Shown: positions 48,467 through 57,876 of the stretch, piece after piece | Position numbering within the stretch: the first letter of the stretch is position 1 | How the letters are laid out: each line of letters opens with the position of its first letter | Made by a program: the position numbers and the translations under genes | Assembly: GCA_965249275.1 (NCBI GenBank) | Contig: CBDFLQ010000007.1 | Location: 96,001-160,000, forward strand | DNA: 64,000 bases | Direction of reading: 5' to 3' | Source: Dehalococcoidia bacterium | GTDB lineage: Bacteria; Chloroflexota; Dehalococcoidia; Plut-88900 | The notes under the pieces: generated by a model | Told to the model about the DNA's origin: nothing | What the model saw: the letters and a program-made list of their open reading frames with translations, nothing else | Database searches by the model: none

Positions 48467-49306
48467 ATGCCCAGCAGAATGTCTATAGGCAACGCCGAGC
48501 TCGTCGGAGTCCTCGACATGATTCCCCCCACCCGGGACCCCACCGCCTTCTTCAACACAACCACCCGTCACTCCTGGGCCCCTTACGCCGATGATGTTCT
48601 CGAAGAAGGCCGGCTCCAGCTCTATTTCGGCTGCTTCTTCGTCCGCACCCCTGACAAATGCGTCCTGGTCGACACCGGCATGGGCCCCGGCCCCCACCCC
48701 GACCGCGAGAACCGCACCGGCGACCTTATCAACCAGCTCAAGGGCCAGGGCCTCCAGCCCGAGGACGTGGACATCGTCGTCCACACTCACCTCCACCCCG
48801 ACCACGTAGGCTGGAACCTCCATTTCGAAAACGGCGAAGCAATCCCCTTCTTCCCGAACGCCGAGTACCTCGTCCCCCAAAAGGACTGGGACCACTTCAC
48901 CGACCCGGAAAACCTGAAGTCGGCGTCCTACGTTCGGGACTACGTCGTCCCCCTTGAGAAGCTCGGCTGCATGAGACTCATCGACGGGGAGGCCGCCGTC
49001 ACCGACCTGATTTCCACCCTCCCCACCCCCGGCCACACCCCCGGACATCAGGTAATCCTCATCACCTCCCAGGGCGAGAAGGCCATGGTAGTCGGGGACG
49101 TGCTGCACAATGTGGTCCAGGTCCAGGAACCCGAGTGGTGCCCTCGCGTCGACATCAACAAGGACGACAGCCGTAGCAGCCGGGAAAAAATCCTCTCTAA
49201 AGCCGAAAACGAGGGCTACACCATAGCCGCCGGCCACTTCCACCCTGACCGCCACACCGGCCGCATAGTCCGCATGTCCGGCCGCCGCTACTGGCAAGCC
49301 TTGTAG
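48467..49306 (+). CDS. Metallo-beta-lactamase-fold hydrolase
   Basis: LVDTG, THLHPDHVG, PGHTPGH, GDVLH, GHF. Confidence 0.9.
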   Translation: MPSRMSIGNAELVGVLDMIPPTRDPTAFFNTTTRHSWAPYADDVLEEGRLQLYFGCFFVRTPDKCVLVDTGMGPGPHPDRENRTGDLINQLKGQGLQPEDVDIVVHTHLHPDHVGWNLHFENGEAIPFFPNAEYLVPQKDWDHFTDPENLKSASYVRDYVVPLEKLGCMRLIDGEAAVTDLISTLPTPGHTPGHQVILITSQGEKAMVVGDVLHNVVQVQEPEWCPRVDINKDDSRSSREKILSKAENEGYTIAAGHFHPDRHTGRIVRMSGRRYWQAL

Positions 49307-49557
49307 TTACTCTTTGGACACACCTCTGCTGGCTCCCATGGCGGGAGACAGGGGCCAATCGTGCTGACGTAGATCCGCCGAGGCATGACCTCCGTATAAC
49401 TGGGGGTGGTGGGGCCGCTCGTGCTGAGGCTCTCGAAGTATGAGCGGGGGGCTCCTATCCCCTCTTCCTCGACGGGAGAGGACTAGGGTGAGGGTGATCG
49501 TAAACTTGCAATAACCGCAACGAAAAAGTTGCAATGCTCCGAATTGGAGACACCACC

Positions 49558-50520
49558 TTGGAAAAAATCCTCGTAACCGGCGCCGCAGGCCAAATAGGCT
49601 CCGACCTCGTCCCCGAGCTCCGACACCTCTACGGCAACGACAACGTTATCGCTGCGGGCCACGTCACCCCCCTGCCCGAGGACATCCGAGCCTCAGGCCC
49701 TTGCATCACCCTCGACGTCCGGAGCTACGAAGACGTGGAACGCGTCATCAAGGAGTACGGCATCACCGTCATATACCATCTCAGCTCCCTGCTCTCCGTC
49801 CTCGCTGAGGCCAACCGACCCCTCGCATACGCCGTCAACTTCACCGGCAACTTCAACATCCTCGAAGCTTCCCTGTCCAACGGGGTCAAGAGAGTCAACC
49901 TGCCGAGCTCTATCGCCGTCTTCGGCGCAGACGCCCCCAGCCTCCACACACCCAACGACGTATCCCTGAACCCGACATCCCTCTACGGCGTATCCAAGGT
50001 CTACGGCGAGAATATGGGCACCTACTACCGGCACCTCGGCCTCGACGTGCGCGGCACCCGGCTCCCCGGCATCATAAGCTGGAAAACCGAGCCCACCGCC
50101 GGAACCACCGACTACGCCGTCGCCATCTTCTACGGCGCAATCTCCGAGGGCCGCTACACCTGCTACCTCCGCCCTGACACCGCCCTCCCCATGATGTACA
50201 TGCCCGACGCCATCCGCTCCCTCATCCTCCTCGACCAGGCCGACCCCTCCCGCCTAATTCACTCCGCCAACTTTAACCTCACCGCCTTCTCCTTCACCCC
50301 CGCTGAGATCGCCCGCGAGATCGAGGCGCGCGTCCCCGGCTTCCAGATCGACTACAAAGTAGACCCCTTACGCCAAGCCATCGCAGACTCGTGGCCCGAC
50401 TCCATAGACGACTCCCCCGCACGCGACGAATGGGGCTGGAAACCCGAATACGACCTACCCACCATGGTCGACGACTTGCTAGCCAACCTCCGCCCCAAAC
50501 TCATGGCCGGTCTCCCGTAA
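49558..50520 (+). CDS. L-threonine 3-dehydrogenase-like (extended SDR/epimerase family)
   Basis: ILVTGAAGQIG, PSSIAVFG, YGVSK, GTTDYAVAIF, LPMMYMPDA, RQAIADSWP; TTG start after GGAG. Confidence 0.85.
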   Translation: MEKILVTGAAGQIGSDLVPELRHLYGNDNVIAAGHVTPLPEDIRASGPCITLDVRSYEDVERVIKEYGITVIYHLSSLLSVLAEANRPLAYAVNFTGNFNILEASLSNGVKRVNLPSSIAVFGADAPSLHTPNDVSLNPTSLYGVSKVYGENMGTYYRHLGLDVRGTRLPGIISWKTEPTAGTTDYAVAIFYGAISEGRYTCYLRPDTALPMMYMPDAIRSLILLDQADPSRLIHSANFNLTAFSFTPAEIAREIEARVPGFQIDYKVDPLRQAIADSWPDSIDDSPARDEWGWKPEYDLPTMVDDLLANLRPKLMAGLP

Positions 50521-50521
50521 A

Positions 50522-50682
50522 GAGACCTTTGCATAAAACGTCCCGGAGGTGCCGGGGCCGCTCGTGCTGAGGCTCTCGAAGTATGAGCTGAGGTCCAGTC
50601 CCATCTACCTTGATGGGAGAGGGCTAGGGTGAGGGTGATTCCTGGCTCACAAAATGCACGCTTGAAATTTTGTATAGGTCTC
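50522..50682. mobile_element. MITE-like unit with IS-type imperfect terminal inverted repeats enclosing A and B palindromes
   Basis: GAGACCTTTGCATAAAA ... TTTTGTATAGGTCTC. Related ends at 47588 and 54261-54430. Confidence 0.5.
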
Positions 50683-50707
50683 CGTGGCGGTGCGCTTACC
50701 CCTCCCC

Positions 50708-50730
50708 GTAGGGGCGACCGGCCGGTCGCC
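50708..50730 (+). repeat. GTAG-type REP-like palindrome (family D)
   Basis: GTAGGGGCGACCGGCCGGTCGCC; related copies at 14646-14670 and 47473-47497. Confidence 0.6.
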
Positions 50731-50757
50731 TTCCCTGCCGTCAGCCCCCTACCCCCC

Positions 50758-51798
50758 CTACCCCAATCCCTCCACCGCACCAAACCCGACAGGCAACTCC
50801 CCCCGCTCCACAGCCTTGACCTTCTTCACTAGCCCCTCGTTGATCGAGACGTTCACCCCCGCCTCCCGACCCTTCGCCACCACCAACCCGTTCAGGTACT
50901 CGATCTCCAGCCGACGCCCCTTCTCCATGTCCTGCGCCGTCGAAGACCGCCCCGATTCCTGATATTTCTCTGCCGCCTGCATTAGCGATAGCTCAAGCTC
51001 CTCCAGCCCCTCACCCCGCCCCGCGGCCAGCCAAACTTCCGGGGCCTTTCCACCTATGGAGACCAGCGTGTGGCCGATGGCCTGCCCGACTTCCACCGCC
51101 TCAGCCGCCAGGCGTATCGTCAGCCTCCTGACCTCGGCAGTCATGGCCATCTCCCGGCTGCTTAGGCCTGTGATCGCCTGCAGGCCGTTCCCCATCGAGT
51201 TCGCCACAAGCTTGCTCCACCTCTCGCCTCCCAGATTAGTCGTAACCTTTGTGCTGTCCACCATCTCCAGCAGCGCCGCCACCTCTTCGACCCTGGGCGT
51301 AACCTTACCGTCCATCTCTCCGACCCGGAACACCGTGTGCGCCGCGCCACCCGCCGCCGTCGTCCGAGTCACGTGCCCCGGCCCCAGAAGCCCCACGCCT
51401 ATGTTGCTCGCGATGCATCCCAGCACCCTCTCCCGCCCCAACGCTCCCGCTATCGTGTCTTCGTTTATCCCGTTCTGGATCGACACCGCAAACCCGTCCT
51501 CCGCTAGGTAGTCTCGAATTAAATGCGAAGCCCAGGCCGTGTCGTAGGACTTGGTGCAGATGAACGCGATGTCCACCGGCGACTTGATGAGGCTCTGTAC
51601 CTCGTTGATGTGCAGGGCTCGGGGCCGAGAGTGGTGTTCTCCCTGCGTCCCCGACACCTGCAACCCGCCCTCCTTGATCGCGTTAACATGGTCGGGCCAC
51701 GGGTCTATCAAGATGACTTCCTCACCTGCCGCCGAGATCAACCCTCCGACAAAGCTCCCCACCGCCCCCGCCCCGACAAACACTAGCCGTTTACTCAA
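50758..51798 (-). CDS. Ketopantoate reductase family protein
   Basis: VGAGAVG, TKSYDT, SIQNG, WSKLVAN, SSTAQD...LEIEYLNG. Confidence 0.88.
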   Translation of the reverse strand: MSKRLVFVGAGAVGSFVGGLISAAGEEVILIDPWPDHVNAIKEGGLQVSGTQGEHHSRPRALHINEVQSLIKSPVDIAFICTKSYDTAWASHLIRDYLAEDGFAVSIQNGINEDTIAGALGRERVLGCIASNIGVGLLGPGHVTRTTAAGGAAHTVFRVGEMDGKVTPRVEEVAALLEMVDSTKVTTNLGGERWSKLVANSMGNGLQAITGLSSREMAMTAEVRRLTIRLAAEAVEVGQAIGHTLVSIGGKAPEVWLAAGRGEGLEELELSLMQAAEKYQESGRSSTAQDMEKGRRLEIEYLNGLVVAKGREAGVNVSINEGLVKKVKAVERGELPVGFGAVEGLG

Positions 51799-51856
51799 CT
51801 GTATGCCCCTTCCTGATTGTTTTTCTTACCCTGATCATTCGGTTCGAAAACCGTGG

Positions 51857-52207
51857 TTAACTGTGTGACAGTATATTAACGAGCTTCCCGTAAGGGTCAC
51901 GAGTGTAAAACCGGCGTACACCCCAAGGCTCGTCCGTGAGAGGATAAACGATCTCGAATCCCGCGCAACGAGTCCGATCGTATGCCGCATCGACATCGTC
52001 AACTTCGATCGAAAGGTCCGGGACCTGAGTACCCGATCCTCCCTCACGCGCCACGCTGATCTGAGCGGGTGCATTCGAGCCGGAAGTGAAGGTCACGATC
52101 CACCCGAGATCCATCACGACCTCAAGTCCCAAAACATCACAGTAAAACCGACGCGCATCCTCGACTCGATCCACCGCGATGTTTGCGACAATGCGTTTTA
52201 CTTCCAT
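51857..52207 (-). CDS. VOC/glyoxalase family protein
   Basis: FYCDVLGL, SIEVDDVDAAY, EPWGVRRFYTRDPYG. Confidence 0.9.
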   Translation of the reverse strand: MEVKRIVANIAVDRVEDARRFYCDVLGLEVVMDLGWIVTFTSGSNAPAQISVAREGGSGTQVPDLSIEVDDVDAAYDRTRCAGFEIVYPLTDEPWGVRRFYTRDPYGKLVNILSHS

Positions 52208-52261
52208 CTCTATCTTGTTCTCGAAAGATACGGCGACAGTCCTCGGAGATCTCCCACCGAC

Positions 52262-53410
52262 CTACTTCTCACCCGCCCCGAACTCCGGCATCACCTCTTC
52301 ATGGAACCGAGTCAGTTGCTCCGAGTACTCCGCCAACGGCATCCCTTCCGGCCAGTGTAGGATCACGTGCTCCAGCCCCGGGTACCGTGCCTCGTACTCC
52401 TTCAGAACGCTGACCACGTAATCGGAGTCTCCGCAAAGCCACACTTTCTGGTCTACCCCATCCTCAAGAGTTGGGACGCGGCTCGGTGCGCCGGGCGTCC
52501 CCCAAGGCCGACCCTCCGCATCCGTATACCGCACCAGCCCGAAGGGCGCGAACCACTTGTACCGCTCATCGTGGAACAGCCTGGCCCGCTCCATAGCCTT
52601 TTCCTGGCTCTCGTCGATGTAGAAGAACAGACCCAGCGCAAGGTCCTCTCCCAGGACCAACTCCCTCCCGACTTCCGCCGCCGCATCCTGGTACTCGTGG
52701 ATGACCTCGTCCGCCAGCTTCTCCCCGGTCCCGTGCACCACTCCCTTGATCCCAATTTGAGCTATGTACCGCAGTGTCCGGCGGCTCGCAATCGGCTGCC
52801 ACACGTCGACGGGCCTGTGCAGAGGTCTCGGGACCAAGGTGATGTCCTTGAGGTCATATCCCCGGTATGGGACCTCGGCCGGGAGAGTGTAGTGCTTACC
52901 CTTGTGGGTGAAGGATTCTTCGTTGAACGCCTTGAAGATGATCTCCATCTGCTCCATGAACAGCTCTTTGTTGGCGTCGTTGTCCAGCATCGGCGAGCCG
53001 AACGTCTCCACTTCCCGGGTGTGATACCCCCTCCCCACCCCAAAGATCACCCGCCCCCCCGACAGGATGTCCGCCATCGCGAAGTCCTCGGCCAGCCGCA
53101 AAGGGTGCCACATCGGCACGATGTTGAACGCGCACCCGAACTTGAGCCGCTTGGTCTGCGTCGAAAGGTAGGTGCTGAGCATAAGCAAGTTCGGGATGCA
53201 CTCGTATCCCTCCCTCTGGAAGTGATGCTCCGCCATCCACAACGCATAGTATCCCTGCGAGTCCATCTGCCTGGCGATGGATTCCGCCATCCCGAAGCAC
53301 TCCGTCAGCCTTTCGTTGGGATACCGCCGGTCCTCCGGCGCCGTCCCTTCCGATCCGACGTTGTCCAACTCGATATGGCCCACATACAGGGACGAGAAAT
53401 GCTTGATCAT
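52262..53410 (-). CDS. Luciferase-like (LLM class) flavin-dependent oxidoreductase
   Basis: WMAEHHF, WHPLRLAEDFAMADILSGGRVIFGVGRGY. Confidence 0.92.
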   Translation of the reverse strand: MIKHFSSLYVGHIELDNVGSEGTAPEDRRYPNERLTECFGMAESIARQMDSQGYYALWMAEHHFQREGYECIPNLLMLSTYLSTQTKRLKFGCAFNIVPMWHPLRLAEDFAMADILSGGRVIFGVGRGYHTREVETFGSPMLDNDANKELFMEQMEIIFKAFNEESFTHKGKHYTLPAEVPYRGYDLKDITLVPRPLHRPVDVWQPIASRRTLRYIAQIGIKGVVHGTGEKLADEVIHEYQDAAAEVGRELVLGEDLALGLFFYIDESQEKAMERARLFHDERYKWFAPFGLVRYTDAEGRPWGTPGAPSRVPTLEDGVDQKVWLCGDSDYVVSVLKEYEARYPGLEHVILHWPEGMPLAEYSEQLTRFHEEVMPEFGAGEK

Positions 53411-53448
53411 CTATCTGGCCTCTTCAATAAAATGCCTTGGAATTCTTG

Positions 53449-54213
53449 CTAGGTTGCCATGTAGCCGCCGTCTATCGGGAGAACGTGCCCCGTGACGTAG
53501 GACGCTGCATCCGTGCACAGCCACACCACCACCTCCGCTATCTCCTCCGGCTTTCCCATCCTCCCGATGGGCTGGTCGTTGTGCAGCTCTTCCTGCGGCG
53601 TGTTATTCGATTCCATTATCAAGTCCATCATCGGCGTCATGATCACACCCGGCGCCACCGCATTCACCCGGATCCCTTGCCGCGCATAGTCCATCGCCGC
53701 GCTCTTGGTCAGCCCCGCTACCCCGTGCTTGCTCGCCGTGTACGCCGACGTTCCACTCGACGCCACCAACCCTGCCACCGACGAAGTGTTCACTATCGCC
53801 CCACCCCCCTGCGCCAGCATCTGCGGGAGTTCATACTTGATGCAGAGCCACACCCCCTTCAAGTTCACTCCGATCACCCGGTCCCATTCATCCTCGGGGT
53901 ATTCGTGGAACGGGATGCGGGTCCCTGTGTGGATTCCGGCGTTGTTGAAGGCCGCGTCTATCCGACCGAACCGCGACACCGTCTCCGACACCATCCGCTG
54001 CACTTCATCGGCCTTGGACACGTCCGCCGTCATCCCCGACGCCTCCCCTCCCCCACCGACGATCAAGTCCACCGTCGCCTGTGCCGGCTCTTCCGCCAGG
54101 TCCACCGCCATCACCTTCGCCCCTTCCCTGGCAAACACCAGCGAAGTCGCCCTCCCAATCCCAGACCCCGCCCCCGTCACCAGGGCCACTCTGTCTTTCA
54201 TACTATCGCCCAT
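53449..54213 (-). CDS. Short-chain dehydrogenase/reductase
   Basis: TGAGSGIG, FNNAG, YTASKHG, RVNAVAPG, IDGG. Confidence 0.93.
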   Translation of the reverse strand: MGDSMKDRVALVTGAGSGIGRATSLVFAREGAKVMAVDLAEEPAQATVDLIVGGGGEASGMTADVSKADEVQRMVSETVSRFGRIDAAFNNAGIHTGTRIPFHEYPEDEWDRVIGVNLKGVWLCIKYELPQMLAQGGGAIVNTSSVAGLVASSGTSAYTASKHGVAGLTKSAAMDYARQGIRVNAVAPGVIMTPMMDLIMESNNTPQEELHNDQPIGRMGKPEEIAEVVVWLCTDAASYVTGHVLPIDGGYMAT

Positions 54214-54454
54214 GTTTCTCCTCCTGTGTCGTTCCTATTCGGCCCACTCTCCCCTGACGAAGACTTTGCATAACCGTCATTCTCTCAGTGTCTGGCACCC
54301 CATCCGCAGGAGTGGGGCATTCCGCTCGCCCTGTCGCAGATGCGCCGTGGCGTAAGCTGAGTCGAAGGGTCTCAAGAGCAGAATGGGCGGGGCGTACCGC
54401 GCCCACACCCGGAGTCATGCAAAGACCTCTCGGCGAGTGAGAGTGAAAATCCCC

Positions 54455-55363
54455 TCACCCCTCAATCCCCGCGTAATGCAAACTTTGCCCGACAATATCC
54501 ACGCCCACAAGCTCGCTGTGCGCCGCCAGCAGTTGCCGAGTCACCGGCCCCGGTATCTCTCCCCCAATCGGCCTCTTGTCGACCCGGGACACGGGCATGA
54601 TCCTCGGGCTGGTACGGCTAAAGAACACCTCGTCGGCAGTGTATAGGTCGTATGGCTGAAGGTCTTCCTCGTAGGCCGGGATGCCGAGACCCTCGGCCAA
54701 CTCGAACACCACCTGCCTCGATACTCCCTGGAGAATGTTGTCGTCCTTCGGCGTCTTGAGAACTCCGTCGTTGACGATGAACACGTTGTACCCTAGCCCC
54801 TCGGTGACATTTCCTTCTACGTCCAGCAGAAGGGGCAGTCCCTCCGGGTCGACGTCCCGTGCCTCCAGCTCAGCCAGCACGAAGTTCATCCTGCTGTGGT
54901 GCTTCACCTTGGCGTCGAGCATCGAGCTGGAGTAGCTGCGCACCTTGGTGATGATGGCGTGCGCCCCGTCCATGTAAAACCTTGCAAATTCCTCGAAGTG
55001 TATCGGCTTGATAATCACGCACACACTCGGTGGCCCGTCCACCGAGGCCCCGCGAGTGATAATCGGGTTGATCGCAAAGTCCCCAACCTCGGCCCTCCGG
55101 TGGTCGTTCCTCGCCACTCCCTCGCGGCACACCTCTAACATCTCCTCCTCCCCGAATCCCGGGTCAACCCGCACGTACTTCAAAGACCGGTAAAGCCTGT
55201 TCACGTGGTCTTCCAGCCGGAACGGCACCCCACCGAATGTCCGCCCTTGATCGAAGACCACATCCGCCACCGCAAAGCCCCGATCGTGGGGCGGGAACAG
55301 TACCTCGCTATAAGGCACCCACTCCCCATTGAAATATGCCGTGTAGTCGTCGTAGTTTCCCAT
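54455..55363 (-). CDS. Aminotransferase class IV (IlvE/D-amino acid/ADC lyase family)
   Basis: FRLEDHVNRL, AKVKHHSR (PLP lysine), TEGLGYNVF, ILQGVSR, ADEVF; AGGAGG RBS before ATG 55363. Confidence 0.9.
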   Translation of the reverse strand: MGNYDDYTAYFNGEWVPYSEVLFPPHDRGFAVADVVFDQGRTFGGVPFRLEDHVNRLYRSLKYVRVDPGFGEEEMLEVCREGVARNDHRRAEVGDFAINPIITRGASVDGPPSVCVIIKPIHFEEFARFYMDGAHAIITKVRSYSSSMLDAKVKHHSRMNFVLAELEARDVDPEGLPLLLDVEGNVTEGLGYNVFIVNDGVLKTPKDDNILQGVSRQVVFELAEGLGIPAYEEDLQPYDLYTADEVFFSRTSPRIMPVSRVDKRPIGGEIPGPVTRQLLAAHSELVGVDIVGQSLHYAGIEG

Positions 55364-55433
55364 CAATCTCCTCCTGATTTTCCCCTCTCCCTTGACGGGA
55401 GAGGGGTAGGGTGAGGGTGATCCTGCCCCCACA

Positions 55434-56600
55434 TTAACCAACAAATAACTTCACCGGAGCAACGGATTCGGTAGACCCATCCCCCACCAACTCAAACAAC
55501 TCCACCCCCTGCTCCCGAGCCATCCTCCTCAAAAACGCCTCCGCATCCACCCACCCCTCCGGACTCCCGACTCCCCTCCGCCCAATCTCCCCCGACGCCA
55601 CCATCAACGTCGCCAACGCCGCCACAGAGGTAGTTCCCCTCCTCGAATAGTCCTGCGCCTCGAATACCCGCTGGCACTGCTTCCCGTCCTTCTCTCCCTC
55701 CACCCTGACCCGCACAGCCATAGGTTCGTCCAACGGCTCGATGTCGAAATACGGCTTCCCCTCCTCCGACGACAGGAACGTCATCAGAAATTCCATCGGG
55801 TTGGTCTCGAGCCCCGGAACCTTCTCATACGACGAGAATCCCCACCGCACCATCGTCTCCATGAAGTTGTTCCCCTCGGCCTGGTGCAGCCCGCCGCTTG
55901 CCGTCACTTCGGTCAGGCTGGGTATCGACTGTGAGATGGTCACCGGGTCTGGAACGCCCGTGTAATACACCTCCTTCACCCCGACTGGCGGCAGAAACTC
56001 GATCTCTTCCCTATTGGCGAATGCCCCGGGTTTTACATAAGCACCATTGACAAACTGGGGCGCGAGCCCGCTGTTGATCCTCAGAAAGTGCTGTATCGCC
56101 GCCGGGTAGTTCAGCGAATAGTTCCACGAAAACCAGATATTCACCCGACGCGGGACGTCCATCCCGTCGCAGCCGTATCGAGCCAGCACTCCACTTAGCC
56201 CCGGCATGATCCCGCATCCCGTCAGCGCAGCGACTCCTGCCTCTTTTGCCCTGCGGTCCCAGTCCGGGTTGAAGAACAGCTCCTCCGTCGGTTCGTGGTC
56301 GTCGCCCATGTCCACGTAGTGCGTCCCCGACTCTATCGCCGCCTCTACTACCTTCAACCCATGCAGATGATAAGGCCCGACCGCGTTGAACACCGCGTCG
56401 ACTTTGCTTAGCGCCTCTTTCAACCCTACCCTGTCGTCCACGTCCAGCGTCATCCACTCGGCCCCCGTCCTCTCCGATACCCGCCGCGCCCGGTCCCCGT
56501 CCTTGTCCGCCGCTACCAGCTCTACTCCCTTTCCCTCTGCCGCGATCTGGTATGCGATCCCCCGGCCGTGGAACCCGCACCCCAGCACCATTACCTTCAT
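55434..56600 (-). CDS. Saccharopine dehydrogenase-like oxidoreductase
   Basis: MKVMVLGCG, NAVGPY, HYVDMGDD, GCGIMPGLS; ATGA overlap with the upstream gene. Confidence 0.85.
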   Translation of the reverse strand: MKVMVLGCGFHGRGIAYQIAAEGKGVELVAADKDGDRARRVSERTGAEWMTLDVDDRVGLKEALSKVDAVFNAVGPYHLHGLKVVEAAIESGTHYVDMGDDHEPTEELFFNPDWDRRAKEAGVAALTGCGIMPGLSGVLARYGCDGMDVPRRVNIWFSWNYSLNYPAAIQHFLRINSGLAPQFVNGAYVKPGAFANREEIEFLPPVGVKEVYYTGVPDPVTISQSIPSLTEVTASGGLHQAEGNNFMETMVRWGFSSYEKVPGLETNPMEFLMTFLSSEEGKPYFDIEPLDEPMAVRVRVEGEKDGKQCQRVFEAQDYSRRGTTSVAALATLMVASGEIGRRGVGSPEGWVDAEAFLRRMAREQGVELFELVGDGSTESVAPVKLFVG

Positions 56601-57592
56601 TGTCTCCCCAACAAAGGCGCCACCTCTTCGACGTACCGACCCAGCTGTTCCGTCATGTCCGGCCCCACGAAACGCAGCACGGGCGTCGTACACCCGACAT
56701 CCACGTAGGACTGGATCTTCTCCGCCACCTCTTCCGGCGGCCCGTACGCCACCCACAGGTCGATAAGTCCCGGTGTCACGAATGCGGGCCCGTAGTAAGA
56801 GACAAGGAATTGGTGGGCCTGTTCGTAGGCCACGTCCCTGTCATTGTGGATGTTCACCATCAGGTGCAGGCACGAGTCCAAAGCCCCCGCGTCCCGACCC
56901 ATCCCCGCTGCATACTCCCGTATCCTGTCGAATCTTTCCCTGAATTCCTGCGGTTCTATCGCGTCCGTCTGCCAACCGTCGGAATGCTTCGCCACCCGAC
57001 GCAGCACCCGTTCCATCAACTCCGGGCTATAGTCACCCTTGGGGTTTACAGCCAGCCACAGCGGGACCCGGGCCTGGACGGGCTTGGGTAGCGCGTCTAC
57101 TTCCTCGAACTGGAAGAAGCGCCCTTTGTGGGTAACCTTCTCCTCCGACCAGAGCCTCCGCAATATCTCCATCCCCTCCAGCACCCGGCCCACCCTCTCC
57201 CCCGACGCCACACCCATCACCTCTAGCTCTTGAGCGTATTGCGGCCCGTACCGGGCCGACCCGCCGTTTCAGACAGCCAGTATCGTTCTGCCCCCCGACA
57301 GCACGTCCAGGCTCGCCCACTGGATCGCCAGTTGGACGGGGTTGCGGAGTGGGAAGCTGGCCAGGCATATAGTGCCCAGCTTTACGTAACTGGTACGTGC
57401 AGCAATGGCTGACAGGAGAACAAGGTAGTCGAGCCTCGGCTTGGACAGCAGATTATCCCCGACCCAAACCCCGTCGAAGCACCCCGACTCCTCCGCCGCC
57501 ACCGCCGCATCCACCAACTCAGACACCGTCGTCCCCCCAGACACCACCGATCTGTTCGAAAGGCTTATTCCATAATTAACTTTGCTTACGAT
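56597..57592 (-). pseudogene. LLM-class oxidoreductase with in-frame TGA and non-canonical start (pseudogene or recoded gene)
   Basis: One frame: (I/V)SKVNYGISLSNR...WVGDNLLSKPRL...SLDVLSGGRTILAV*NGGSARYG...PKPVQ. TGA at 57269-57271; ATC/GTA where the start is expected. Confidence 0.75.
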
Positions 57593-57876
57593 GTTGTTAC
57601 CTTCCCTTTTCTGCTACGCCAACGCCGTATTCAGTGTCACTACTCGGCCCCGCGAGAACCTGAAGAGCTCCCCTGACCGACCACCCCTGGAGATCCCTTC
57701 CTTGGGCGGCGGGGCCGCTCACCCTGAGGTTCTCGAAGGGTCGAGTGGGGGGAGGCCCTGGACTGCCTTTCCGTTCCGTCCGACAACCCCTCACACCCTA
57801 AGGTACAACCATGCGGAATGTTATCATATCGCCCAGGCTAATCTAGCAGTACCCGCTATGTAATATCGGAGTTCCC

